Part shown: in pieces, positions 1-8,592 of the stretch
Layout of the letters: each line of letters begins with the position of its first letter
Position numbering within the stretch: the stretch's first letter is position 1
DNA from: an uncultured Candidatus Saccharibacteria bacterium
GTDB lineage: Bacteria > Patescibacteriota > Dojkabacteria > SC72 > WJKH01
Reading direction: 5' to 3'
Length of the DNA stretch: 64,000 nt
NCBI GenBank assembly: GCA_964602665.1
Contig: CAZRRH010000001.1
Span: 8,414 to 72,413 of the forward strand
Notes under the pieces: generated by a model
Told to the model about the DNA's origin: nothing
Seen by the model: only the letters and a program-made list of their open reading frames with translations
Database searches by the model: none
Translations under genes and position numbers: made by a program

Positions 1-244
1 TTATTTCACATAACGTTTCCCGATGAAGCGAAGTTTCACTTCAGTTTTCCATTGGACAATCTATTAGCTTTACTGCTTGATTGTCATCACCAGATGAACG
101 TTCATTGAACATCACAGAAAACTGGAGTGAAATTTGGGTCGGAAGAAATTTCCTTATTATTATTTCTCTGTAGCGAAGCGTAAGAGAAAAGTTGAATTAA
201 GAAAGATTTCTGTAGCCGCTTATCGCGGTGTTATCGGATGTAAA

Positions 245-670
245 TTAAAAACCCTTCGCCAGGAGAATTTTTGATTTTTTCGCCGCGATCTTGCTGTTGA
301 TATTATGCCATGGGATTTTTTCTATGTCGCTGAATTTGATCCATTTGCTTTCAATGTGTTCATTGCTGATTTTCACATCTTGCTTGCCAACTAATTTACA
401 TAGAAAAAATACCGAGTACTTCGCGGGGTTCTCAATGCCCCATCTGGCAACGTGCACAGGGGAAATGACTTTGATTTTTAAGCCCGTCTCCTCTAGCACC
501 TCACGTTGCAAGCCGAACTCAGGCTGGTCGTCAGCATTGAGCCTGCCACCGGGGAACATCCACATCTCTTTTGTAAATTCTTTGTTTAGTGGCAGTCTTA
601 AAATCAAAAATTCTCCTCGTTGATTTACGATAACGCCATATTCACCGACATTGCATTTTAATCTCTTCAT
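245..670 (-). CDS. NUDIX hydrolase
   Basis: Nudix box GGRLNADDQPEFGLQREVLEETGL (GX5EX7REUXEEXGU pattern) in the 141-aa ORF. Confidence 0.8.
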   Translation of the reverse strand: MKRLKCNVGEYGVIVNQRGEFLILRLPLNKEFTKEMWMFPGGRLNADDQPEFGLQREVLEETGLKIKVISPVHVARWGIENPAKYSVFFLCKLVGKQDVKISNEHIESKWIKFSDIEKIPWHNINSKIAAKKSKILLAKGF

Positions 671-742
671 ACTTGGTAGGTTTTTAATTTATTTCCGATA
701 ACTCTCTCTTATACGAACTGTATTCACTTAATAAACTTAAAA

Positions 743-771
743 TTGCATGCAATGCGAACAAGTGTTATAAT
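743..771 (+). promoter_or_regulatory. sigma70-like promoter TTGCAT-N17-TATAAT upstream of the recombinase gene
   Basis: Hexamers TTGCAT and TATAAT separated by exactly 17 nt, ending about 20 nt before the ATG at 792. Motif match only, in an AT-rich genome. Confidence 0.35.
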
Positions 772-791
772 ACAAACTAATAACTCACACT

Positions 792-1631
792 ATGAATAAT
801 ATCAAAACCAAACAAAAAATACAAGAAGAAATCGCAACTACAGTAATGGAATTAAAAATAAGGAATTTTAGTTCAAAAACAATAAAAGCTTACACATACG
901 CCTTACGACAATACTTTACATATAAAAAGATCGACCTCAATAAACTAGAACAAAACAACATTCGTCAATACCTATACCAGTGCGAAAAGAAAAACATATC
1001 ACCACAAACACGTAATATATATTTATCTGCAATCAAGTTTTATTACTATAAAACAGTCAAAATACAGACCAAAATTCAAATACCAAATGCTAAAAAACCT
1101 CACAAACTACCAACCGTTCTTTCACGAAAAGAAATAAAGCAAATACTCGATGTGACAAAAAACACCAAGCACAAATTAATCCTCGCTCTTACATACGGAG
1201 CCGGATTACGAGTAAGCGAAGTCGTATCACTAAAAGTACAAGATTGTGATTTAGATGAGTTAATACTTCATATAAGACAGTCAAAAGGACAAAAAGACCG
1301 CATAACAGTAATCCCAGAGAAATTAATCTTGGATTTACAAAATCATATAGCTGGCAAAAACAGTACAGATCCTCTATTCTCAAGTGAACGCGGAGGTAAA
1401 CTAACAACAAGAACACTACAAAAAACCTTTGCCCGTTCATTGAAAAAATCACAGATAAAAAAATCTGCAACATTTCACTCATTGAGACATTCCTTTGCTA
1501 CACACCTACTTGAAAACGGAACAGATATACGGTACGTACAAGAGCTCCTAGGACATCAAAACATACGAACAACACAACTTTATACTCACGTTACAAACCC
1601 TAAATTAAAAAACATCAAAAGCCCGTTATAA
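792..1631 (+). CDS. tyrosine site-specific recombinase, XerC/XerD (phage integrase) family
   Basis: C-terminal catalytic signature GLRVSEV ... HSLRHSFATHLLENG ... LLGHQNIRTTQLYTHV (R, HxxR, Y) plus an N-terminal SAM-like domain. 279 aa. Confidence 0.8.
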   Translation: MNNIKTKQKIQEEIATTVMELKIRNFSSKTIKAYTYALRQYFTYKKIDLNKLEQNNIRQYLYQCEKKNISPQTRNIYLSAIKFYYYKTVKIQTKIQIPNAKKPHKLPTVLSRKEIKQILDVTKNTKHKLILALTYGAGLRVSEVVSLKVQDCDLDELILHIRQSKGQKDRITVIPEKLILDLQNHIAGKNSTDPLFSSERGGKLTTRTLQKTFARSLKKSQIKKSATFHSLRHSFATHLLENGTDIRYVQELLGHQNIRTTQLYTHVTNPKLKNIKSPL

Positions 1632-1723
1632 TTTTTATAAAAGAATTTATACAAAAACAGCTCTGAGTCGCTAAAGCTCGTGAAGCAATATATAAACGGC
1701 GGTTTTGATGATATAATATGCTC

Positions 1724-2179
1724 ATGAGACTATGGTCAATAAATCCTAAATATCTTGATTCAAAAGGACTTGTTGCACTATGGCGGGAATCACTACTTGC
1801 CAAAGCCGTCCTTACAGGTCAAACCAAAGGCTATAAACATCATCCACAACTTAATCGGTTTTATGATTCATCTGATCCAATATATGCTATTAATTTTTAT
1901 TTACAGTTTATCTATTACGAGGCACAAAAAAGGCACTATACTTTTTCATCAGACAAATTTTTGCACCAAGAAGATATCCCAAAATTCACTTTAGAGATAA
2001 CAAACGGGCAATTAGAATATGAAAAATCACACTTGATAAAAAAGTTGATGATTCGAGACCCCAGCAGAATCGAGCTGATTCATAAATTTAAGCTCCCAGA
2101 TCCTCACCCGCTCTTTACAGTCATCAAAGGAGAAATCGCCCCATGGGAAAACATGCAACATAAGGATAAACAATTTTGA
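1724..2179 (+). CDS. pyrimidine-dimer DNA glycosylase (T4 endonuclease V / Pyr_excise family)
   Basis: N-terminus MRLWSINPKYLDSKGLVALWRESLLAKAVLTG...HHPQLNRF resembles the endonuclease V family. I place the start at the third in-frame ATG (1724) to match the family N-terminus. TATAAT at 1712-1717 sits 6 nt upstream, which implies a leaderless mRNA. Confidence 0.55.
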   Translation: MRLWSINPKYLDSKGLVALWRESLLAKAVLTGQTKGYKHHPQLNRFYDSSDPIYAINFYLQFIYYEAQKRHYTFSSDKFLHQEDIPKFTLEITNGQLEYEKSHLIKKLMIRDPSRIELIHKFKLPDPHPLFTVIKGEIAPWENMQHKDKQF

Positions 2180-2225
2180 ATGCTAAATTTTAATTTTTAA
2201 ATCCTGAATTATGGAGGTCACGCAA

Positions 2226-2253
2226 CATTTCTAATCTCTAATCTCTAATCTCT
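2226..2253. repeat. tandem heptamer repeat (TCTAATC, about 4 copies)
   Basis: ctaatctctaatctctaatctctaatt, read directly. It overlaps the last codons and stop of the minus-strand adenylate-kinase-like gene. Confidence 0.5.
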
Positions 2254-3347
2254 AATTTTCCCCCCAGTATCTTAACCAACTGTCTTACCATAGAAACCAC
2301 AACCGGCTCAGCCATAAAGCTTGAATATTTAACTCCATTTACATCAAAATTAAAGTCTCTTCCCTTGCTAACAACTTTGCCGTCAACAAAATTATGCTCA
2401 AATTCCTTTGTCATTTCGTAATCATCGCAGTACTGATCAATTTTGCTTGCCTCAATTGCATTATAAAGCTCTATTTTAGGAATTCCATACATATTTCTTG
2501 CCATTTCCATAAGATCCAAATCGTCTTCAATTCTTTTTTCGATCAAACCAATTCCTTTTTCATCTCCCTCCTTTTTTTCAAGAATTGTATGATTGCCTTT
2601 GCACTGTTGGCTATCGCAAATTAGCATAAACTCTTTTGTATCAGCATCAAACTCTACTATCGATGTTGGCCTTAAGCTCAAGTTACAAGAGTTACGACAA
2701 ACAGGGCAAGTTCTTCGACCCCTGATTCGCGCATCAATAACCTCAAGTGGTATATTTATAAAAAGGAAAAGGTCAGGATCATCCCTGTGATTTATCAAAT
2801 CACGAAAGTATAAAGAATAAGTCACTTGATCTGTCGTTCTGGGAAACCCGTCGATAAAAACAGATTTACCTTCAAGTTGATCAATCTCATATTTCATAAG
2901 AGTCAACATAAGCTCCGTTGGAACTGAAACTTTATCACTTGTACGATTAACAAGTGCGTCAAAAGCCTTATCTAACTCCATCATTCCACGATAATATTTT
3001 GCCGCATATTTGTAATATTTTGATTCTTTGCCGTTTTTGGCAAAATCTTCATCAACTTTTCGCACGACATCACCTGCGCTGATATTCTCAAAATAGCCCT
3101 CTCCTATTATATCTTTGAGCGCATTCGTATAAGTTCCTTTGCCTGCCATCTTTGGCGCTACAAGATATGCTACAAAAGTGTTATTTTTTAAATACTCTTT
3201 TAAAAACTCTATCTCTTCTCCAATTTTATAGTTAAAATAAAGACGCTTACTCGCAGGATCTACTAAATCAAATTTCTTGTACTCGCCTGGCATTTTTGTG
3301 CCGACGACACTATAGTCAACCGTGTATTTGTAATCTGAGAGCTTCAT
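2238..3347 (-). CDS. adenylate kinase family protein with N- and C-terminal extensions (369 aa)
   Basis: P-loop-like APKMAGKGT, NMP-domain motif VFIDGFPRT, LID motif RIRGRRTCPVCRNSC...CDSQQC (Cys4 zinc LID as in Gram-positive Adk). About 150 residues longer than canonical Adk. Confidence 0.6.
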   Translation of the reverse strand: MKLSDYKYTVDYSVVGTKMPGEYKKFDLVDPASKRLYFNYKIGEEIEFLKEYLKNNTFVAYLVAPKMAGKGTYTNALKDIIGEGYFENISAGDVVRKVDEDFAKNGKESKYYKYAAKYYRGMMELDKAFDALVNRTSDKVSVPTELMLTLMKYEIDQLEGKSVFIDGFPRTTDQVTYSLYFRDLINHRDDPDLFLFINIPLEVIDARIRGRRTCPVCRNSCNLSLRPTSIVEFDADTKEFMLICDSQQCKGNHTILEKKEGDEKGIGLIEKRIEDDLDLMEMARNMYGIPKIELYNAIEASKIDQYCDDYEMTKEFEHNFVDGKVVSKGRDFNFDVNGVKYSSFMAEPVVVSMVRQLVKILGGKLEIRD

Positions 3348-3432
3348 CTTTTAATAATTTTATTAAAAATTAATGACCCTAATTTTACCATACGAGATAA
3401 TATTTGTCATTTATTTCTTTTTTCTGTTATAA

Positions 3433-4479
3433 TTGTGGAGTATGCAAAAAACAGGAATTATATGTACAATCGGTCCTGCTAGCTGGGACCAGAAGATTAT
3501 CAGCTCAATGATTGATAAAGGTATGGTCTGCGCCAGAGTAAACGGCGCTTTTGCTGACCCTAATGAGCTAGATAAGGTTAGAATGCTGGTAAGAGCTAAA
3601 TCCAACAAAGTACAGCTCATGCTTGATGTAAAAGGTCCAGAAGTTAGGCTCAATAAATTTACAACGCCAATAGATGTTAGACCTGGGGAATATGTCATAA
3701 TCGGGAATAACCGCACCAATGAAATTTACCCTTCAAATTATAATAATTTATATACACACTTAAAACCAGGACAGAGAATAATAGTCGGAGATGGCGAAGT
3801 CGAACTTATCCTTCGCAAGGTAGTAAAAGATCGTATGCACTGTGAGGTCATCGTTGGCAATCAAATAAAGCCAGGCAAAGCCCTTAGTCTCCCATCTGCT
3901 ACATATGCAACTAATGTTTTGACAGCTAAAGATGAAGAAAATTTGTATCATGGAATTAAAACAGGCTGGGATAGTGTTAGTGCTTCATTTATACAAAACG
4001 CAAATTGCGCAAATCAAGTAAGAGATTTTATAAATAGAAATCAAGGCAAAGTAAAATTAATAGCAAAAATAGAAGATCAACAAGGAGTAGATAATATCGA
4101 TGAAATACTTCCTGTCGTTGATGGAATAATGATTGCACGAGGAGGACTTGGTGTTGAAGTAGGCCTTGAAAAGGTTCCAATGATTGAAAGATTCCTTATT
4201 AACAAAGCTCATGAGTACAATAAACCCGAAATCACTGCTACTCAGATGCTTGAATCAATGACTGAGAATCCACGGCCAACTCGAGCAGAAGTTAATGATG
4301 TCGCCACAGCTGTACTTCTTGGCTCAGATTTTGTTATGCTATCAGGAGAAAGCGCATCAGGATCATATCCTGTACTGGCAGTCGAATGGATGGCCAAAGT
4401 TATCGCTGAGACACAGAAATGGATGGATCAAGGTTTTTATGAATCGTTTCATGTGCCAGATAAATCATCACTGCTATAA
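3433..4479 (+). CDS. pyk: pyruvate kinase (short form, no C-terminal regulatory domain)
   Basis: MLDVKGPEVR active-site motif plus barrel-domain conservation. 348 aa. Confidence 0.8.
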   Translation: MWSMQKTGIICTIGPASWDQKIISSMIDKGMVCARVNGAFADPNELDKVRMLVRAKSNKVQLMLDVKGPEVRLNKFTTPIDVRPGEYVIIGNNRTNEIYPSNYNNLYTHLKPGQRIIVGDGEVELILRKVVKDRMHCEVIVGNQIKPGKALSLPSATYATNVLTAKDEENLYHGIKTGWDSVSASFIQNANCANQVRDFINRNQGKVKLIAKIEDQQGVDNIDEILPVVDGIMIARGGLGVEVGLEKVPMIERFLINKAHEYNKPEITATQMLESMTENPRPTRAEVNDVATAVLLGSDFVMLSGESASGSYPVLAVEWMAKVIAETQKWMDQGFYESFHVPDKSSLL

Positions 4480-5656
4480 AACAGCCAAAAGCTGCTATTC
4501 CCTGGTGTAATGTTATCAAAAAATGATCAAATCCTCCGAAAACAATTACCCATACAATTAAAATTCCAAATAAAACACGATTTTTTCTTTTAGAAAAACA
4601 TTTCTTTTGCGCTTGGAAAATCAGTATTAATAAAGCTATAATAGAAATCAAACCGATAATAAGGCCGTTTTCAGATAGAAACAGTAAAAAAATGTTGTGT
4701 ACAGGCTCGAAAAGTCCTCTACCCTCACTTATTATTATATCCTGATTTTGCCCCATATGGCTTACAAATCTTCCATATCCGACGCCTAAAACTGGTTGCC
4801 CCATAATATAATTTATTGCTCTTTTTGTTAGTTCAATTCGTTCTCGCACAGTTGTACTCATCGTATTAAAAATCTCTCCGACTCTTTCAACCAAAATAAA
4901 CGACGAGATTTTAACTTCTCTGTGGCGATAAAAATACTGTACAATTTTCACAGCAAAAAACGCACCTAACACAAAAATCGCCATTCTTGAAAAAGTTAGA
5001 AAAATAGCTATCGTACCAAAACATAAAACCAATGCTTTTTTCCACGAATTCAATTTTGCAAGCTCAATTAGCATTATTATGGCAAAAACAATATATGCAC
5101 CTGCAATATTTGGATGTGCAAATGTACCGTATCCTCTTAGATAAATATTGCCATTATGTACAATTGAGCTACTGCCATAGTAGCCAGCAATAAGCTCTGA
5201 TTCGCCTAAGAAATTTAAATCTATGCTACTACCAGTAGCCACCTGTATTATCATAATGATGCATTGCACAACTAAATTCACTATTAAAATATTTGTTATT
5301 ACTACCCATATTTGACTTTTGACATTATTTATCCCTTCGACAAAAGATATTGCAGTAAGAATATAAGCATAAAACTGTACTTGTTTTACTAATATAACAA
5401 TATCTTTATATATCAACAAATTTAATAATATTGAGAAAAATGGCAAAAGAAAGTACAGCCATCTTTTATACTTTCTGTAAAAAGCAACAATAGAAGGTAA
5501 CATAAATAAAACCACTAAATCAAGTGCCGAAAAAACAATTCTATAATAATTACTTGGAACGCCATATTTAAAAGAATCGTAAATACTTAGCCCAAAAACT
5601 ATTTGTGGTAAAACAAAACAAATATTAAAAGGTAAAATCGCTGAAAAAATAATCAA
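4400..5656 (-). CDS. O-antigen ligase / Wzy_C family polytopic membrane protein
   Basis: Many TM helices with Wzy_C-like motifs GTFAHPNIAGAYIVF, LTFSRMA, GVGYGRF, PVHNIFL. Its 3' end overlaps pyk convergently by 80 nt. Confidence 0.5.
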   Translation of the reverse strand: MIIFSAILPFNICFVLPQIVFGLSIYDSFKYGVPSNYYRIVFSALDLVVLFMLPSIVAFYRKYKRWLYFLLPFFSILLNLLIYKDIVILVKQVQFYAYILTAISFVEGINNVKSQIWVVITNILIVNLVVQCIIMIIQVATGSSIDLNFLGESELIAGYYGSSSIVHNGNIYLRGYGTFAHPNIAGAYIVFAIIMLIELAKLNSWKKALVLCFGTIAIFLTFSRMAIFVLGAFFAVKIVQYFYRHREVKISSFILVERVGEIFNTMSTTVRERIELTKRAINYIMGQPVLGVGYGRFVSHMGQNQDIIISEGRGLFEPVHNIFLLFLSENGLIIGLISIIALLILIFQAQKKCFSKRKNRVLFGILIVWVIVFGGFDHFLITLHQGIAAFGCFIAVMIYLAHETIHKNLDPSISVSQR

Positions 5657-5761
5657 GCAAGCACTACTAGCAGGCGTTTTTCTTAGCCAAAAATAAATCC
5701 TAGAAAATATTATAATTGTTATCGAAATTAGCTTTATTATTTTGCTTGATTAATAAAAGCA

Positions 5762-6304
5762 TTAACTCTCTTCTTCCTCGCTCTCGGGATTGTTTGTGCT
5801 ATCACCAACACCTATCTCTTCGTCGCTTTTTGCAGTTATAACAACATGTCTATCTCTCCCTTCGCCCTCGCTACTAGTTACAATATCATCAAATTTGCCA
5901 AGTACAGTATGCACAATTCGCCTTTCAAATGAGTTCATTGGATGAAGATGAACTGGTTCACCCATAATCCTACAATCATCTGCTTTTGTCATTGCAATAC
6001 TCTCAATTCTTTTTGTTTTCTCATCAAGATAGCCCCCTGCGTCGAGCAAAATGTTTACAGAACGCTCATCACCAAGCTCCCTGTTAACCATCATAGATAT
6101 AACAAACTGCAAAGACTCAATATGTTGACCATGATATCCGATAAGAAATCCAACATCCTCACCTTTTATTGTTATCTTTACAGTTGGGAGCTCACCATCT
6201 TTTAACTCTTCATAATCAACTTCGACAATCTTGGCTATATCCATAAGCTCAAGCAAGCTAGTCGTTTTATCCTTGACGACAGATAATATCTTCTTATTAG
6301 ACAT
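5762..6304 (-). CDS. jag: Jag/KhpB RNA-binding protein (KH + R3H domains)
   Basis: R3H-like GYLDEKTKRIE...RRIVHTVL plus a KH-like region. Conserved position downstream of yidC. Confidence 0.7.
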   Translation of the reverse strand: MSNKKILSVVKDKTTSLLELMDIAKIVEVDYEELKDGELPTVKITIKGEDVGFLIGYHGQHIESLQFVISMMVNRELGDERSVNILLDAGGYLDEKTKRIESIAMTKADDCRIMGEPVHLHPMNSFERRIVHTVLGKFDDIVTSSEGEGRDRHVVITAKSDEEIGVGDSTNNPESEEEES

Positions 6305-6305
6305 A

Positions 6306-7235
6306 TTACTTTTTCTTAAAATTTAATTTCTCTTTAAAAAATTTGACGGTTTTTTCTCTCTCTAGTATGAAATATTGGACGATCATCATTAAAGACTGCG
6401 CAAGCCAATATACGCCGAGTACCGCCGGAGATGTCATTGTAAAGAACAGCGTCATTATAGGAAAAAGCTTGTTCATAGACTGCATGCTTTTCATTTGAAT
6501 CTCCTCAGGACCTAATTCTTCTGTTTTCTTACCTTTTTTCTTTGCCTTAGATTGGCTTTCATTAACATTACCTTGGAAATACTGCATCAACATTGTTGTA
6601 AAATACTGGGTCAATGCAACTAAAATCGATATTATCAAATAAGGAAAAGCGGATGGCACAAAAAACGCACCAAATATAAAAGCTAAAATGTTGTAAGGGA
6701 TATTAAAAAGTACATCTTTAAGAGGGATTGCTCCTGAAGCTGAAACTAGCGCCATATAATTATTATTTAGCTCGACACCAAGAAATCTCATGTTTATACT
6801 ATCTATACTACCAACCCAGTTTTTAACAAAAGGATAGATTCCAGCAAGCTCCTTTGTAAAATCCTCTTTGGTTATAAGATTTATTACATTGATAATAACG
6901 ATAAGGATTGCAAGCTGTATAAATGTGCTACCAAAGCATCCAATAGGATTGTAACCAACCTCTTTCCACAATTTAACTTGCTCTTGTGATAATTTTTCTT
7001 GATTGCCTTTGTATTTCTTTTGTAAAGCATCAAGTCGAGGCTTCATTATACGCATCTTCTCACTCATCTCGTTTTGCTTTTTTGTTACAGGAATTAGCAA
7101 AATACGACTTATTATTGCAACTGCTATAACAGCCAATCCCATATTTGAGCCAAGAAGTATGTATAGCACAAATACAAGATTAAGAAACGGATAAAACATC
7201 ACCGTATTCCAAATTGTTTTTATAATTTCTCCCAT
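6306..7235 (-). CDS. yidC: membrane protein insertase YidC
   Basis: YidC/Oxa1 core with conserved TM arrangement. Sits in the rpmH-rnpA-yidD-yidC-jag context. Confidence 0.85.
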   Translation of the reverse strand: MGEIIKTIWNTVMFYPFLNLVFVLYILLGSNMGLAVIAVAIISRILLIPVTKKQNEMSEKMRIMKPRLDALQKKYKGNQEKLSQEQVKLWKEVGYNPIGCFGSTFIQLAILIVIINVINLITKEDFTKELAGIYPFVKNWVGSIDSINMRFLGVELNNNYMALVSASGAIPLKDVLFNIPYNILAFIFGAFFVPSAFPYLIISILVALTQYFTTMLMQYFQGNVNESQSKAKKKGKKTEELGPEEIQMKSMQSMNKLFPIMTLFFTMTSPAVLGVYWLAQSLMMIVQYFILEREKTVKFFKEKLNFKKK

Positions 7236-7281
7236 AGATGCACTATTATACCAAATTTAAAAGAAAATTAGAATGGCATAT

Positions 7282-7515
7282 CTATTTTAACGGATCGTAG
7301 CCCGAGCTTCCCCATGGATTACAGCTTACGATCCTTTTTAAAGCCTTCCATCCGCCTTTTATTACGCCGTATTTATCAATTGCTTCATATGAGTACTGCG
7401 AACAGCTTGGGATATGACGACAAACTCGCTTTGTACTTATTTTACCTGCAATTCCATGGTCCAAAGAAAATGTCCTTTGATAAATTCTAATTAGCAATAG
7501 AAGCACTTTTTTCAT
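7282..7515 (-). CDS. yidD: membrane protein insertion efficiency factor YidD
   Basis: 77 aa, cysteine-containing motif RHIPSCSQY typical of YidD. Overlaps rnpA by 29 nt. Confidence 0.8.
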   Translation of the reverse strand: MKKVLLLLIRIYQRTFSLDHGIAGKISTKRVCRHIPSCSQYSYEAIDKYGVIKGGWKALKRIVSCNPWGSSGYDPLK

Positions 7516-7867
7516 TGTAATTTATCAGTTTTATTATTTGTTTTCTGAACTCTTCTCTAATTTCTGTATAATCAAGCTCTGCACTTGGATATACAATGTA
7601 AGAAATCATTATTTCATTATTTCCTATTTTATCGGTATATTCACGAATTATTTCCCATGCAGCAGCCCTTAATTCTCGTTTTATTTTATTTCTTATATAA
7701 GCTTTACCTACTTTTTTACCTAAAATAAAGCCAAATCTAAAGTTAGGAGTATCTGAAGGACGAAATATTGCGACAGCTTTACCAAAATGAGAGCTGTTTT
7801 GCACACCCTGCTTTCGTATATAAGCAAAATCACTACTCTTTGATATGCGATTACTTTTAGGAAGCAT
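7487..7867 (-). CDS. rnpA: RNase P protein component
   Basis: 126 aa, basic, with RnpA-like motifs ([27 protein letters not shown]). Lies between rpmH and yidD. Confidence 0.8.
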   Translation of the reverse strand: MLPKSNRISKSSDFAYIRKQGVQNSSHFGKAVAIFRPSDTPNFRFGFILGKKVGKAYIRNKIKRELRAAAWEIIREYTDKIGNNEIMISYIVYPSAELDYTEIREEFRKQIIKLINYNEKSASIAN

Positions 7868-7875
7868 TAAATAAA

Positions 7876-8044
7876 GCTACTTAGCCTTTCTAAGTAATTT
7901 AAATTCCTCCGTAGCAGTTAATCTGGCTCTGCCTTTTAACCTGCGGGATTTTAATACTCTTCTCCCGTCGCTTGAGCTATTTCTTGCTCTAAATCCAAAT
8001 TTGCGGATTCTTTTACCTTTTTTTGGTTGAAATGTCCTTTTCAT
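7876..8044 (-). CDS. rpmH: ribosomal protein L34 gene with an interrupted reading frame (apparent +1 A in a homopolymer)
   Basis: Minus-strand translation from the ATG at 8042-8044 gives [21 protein letters not shown], then AAA TAG. The conserved remainder [22 protein letters not shown]...K is in the next frame and ends at the TAG at 7876-7878. Four A (T on the plus strand, about 7979-7982) occur where three would keep the frame. Confidence 0.6.
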
Positions 8045-8158
8045 CTATCTTTTATTATACCATATTCTATCTTTCTTGTCCAGAGTTAGAAATTTATTGC
8101 GGAACTACTTTACTTCTTCTTACAATGGCAACTATTACAACAACAAACAAAACAGGTT

Positions 8159-8590
8159 TCAGATCTTCTCAACACCGATCTTTCCTTCTGCTCGCTGTTT
8201 TTCGCGCTCTCGTTTGTCGTACTTTTTCCTTCCTTTACCAAGGCCAAGCTCGACCTTAATCTTTCCCGCCTTAACATAGAAAGATAGAGGTAATAAAGTA
8301 AGTTTCTCTTTGCTAATTCTCTCGGACAATCTACTAATTTGCGACGCATGAAGCAAAAGCTTGCGCGGTCGATATGGATCATACTCTTTTAATCCAGAAG
8401 CGTATTTATACAAAGAGATATTTACATTATAAAGCCAGAGTTCTCCGTGTTCCTCTCGCGCGAAACTATCAGCTAAACTTATACTACCATTTAAAACCGA
8501 TTTGACCTCGTGTCCTTGTAAAACAATTCCTGCCTCAATCTTATCGGAAATATCGTAATCGTAAAATGCTTTGCGGTTTTTAACTAACAT
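8159..8590 (-). CDS. smpB: SsrA-binding protein SmpB
   Basis: KNRKAFYDYDI...EAGIVLQGHEVKS...RPRKLLLH, the SmpB signature. 143 aa. Confidence 0.85.
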   Translation of the reverse strand: MLVKNRKAFYDYDISDKIEAGIVLQGHEVKSVLNGSISLADSFAREEHGELWLYNVNISLYKYASGLKEYDPYRPRKLLLHASQISRLSERISKEKLTLLPLSFYVKAGKIKVELGLGKGRKKYDKREREKQRAEGKIGVEKI

Positions 8591-8592
8591 GG

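Noticed and set aside
291-623. Plus-strand 110-aa ORF inside the NUDIX gene. Similar antisense or embedded ORFs occur throughout, for example 1189..1482, 8023..8279, 14800..15204, 18412..18780, 25657..25968, 52154..52468, 57508..57855, 61307..61783.
   Set aside because: They lie entirely within well-supported genes on the opposite strand or in another frame. They have low-complexity, skewed composition typical of shadow ORFs and no recognisable motifs.
2226-2253. Heptamer tandem repeat as a phase-variation or contingency element
   Set aside because: It has only about 4 copies and overlaps the last codons and stop of the adenylate-kinase-like gene. It is too short and too well positioned inside coding sequence for a functional role beyond simple sequence slippage.
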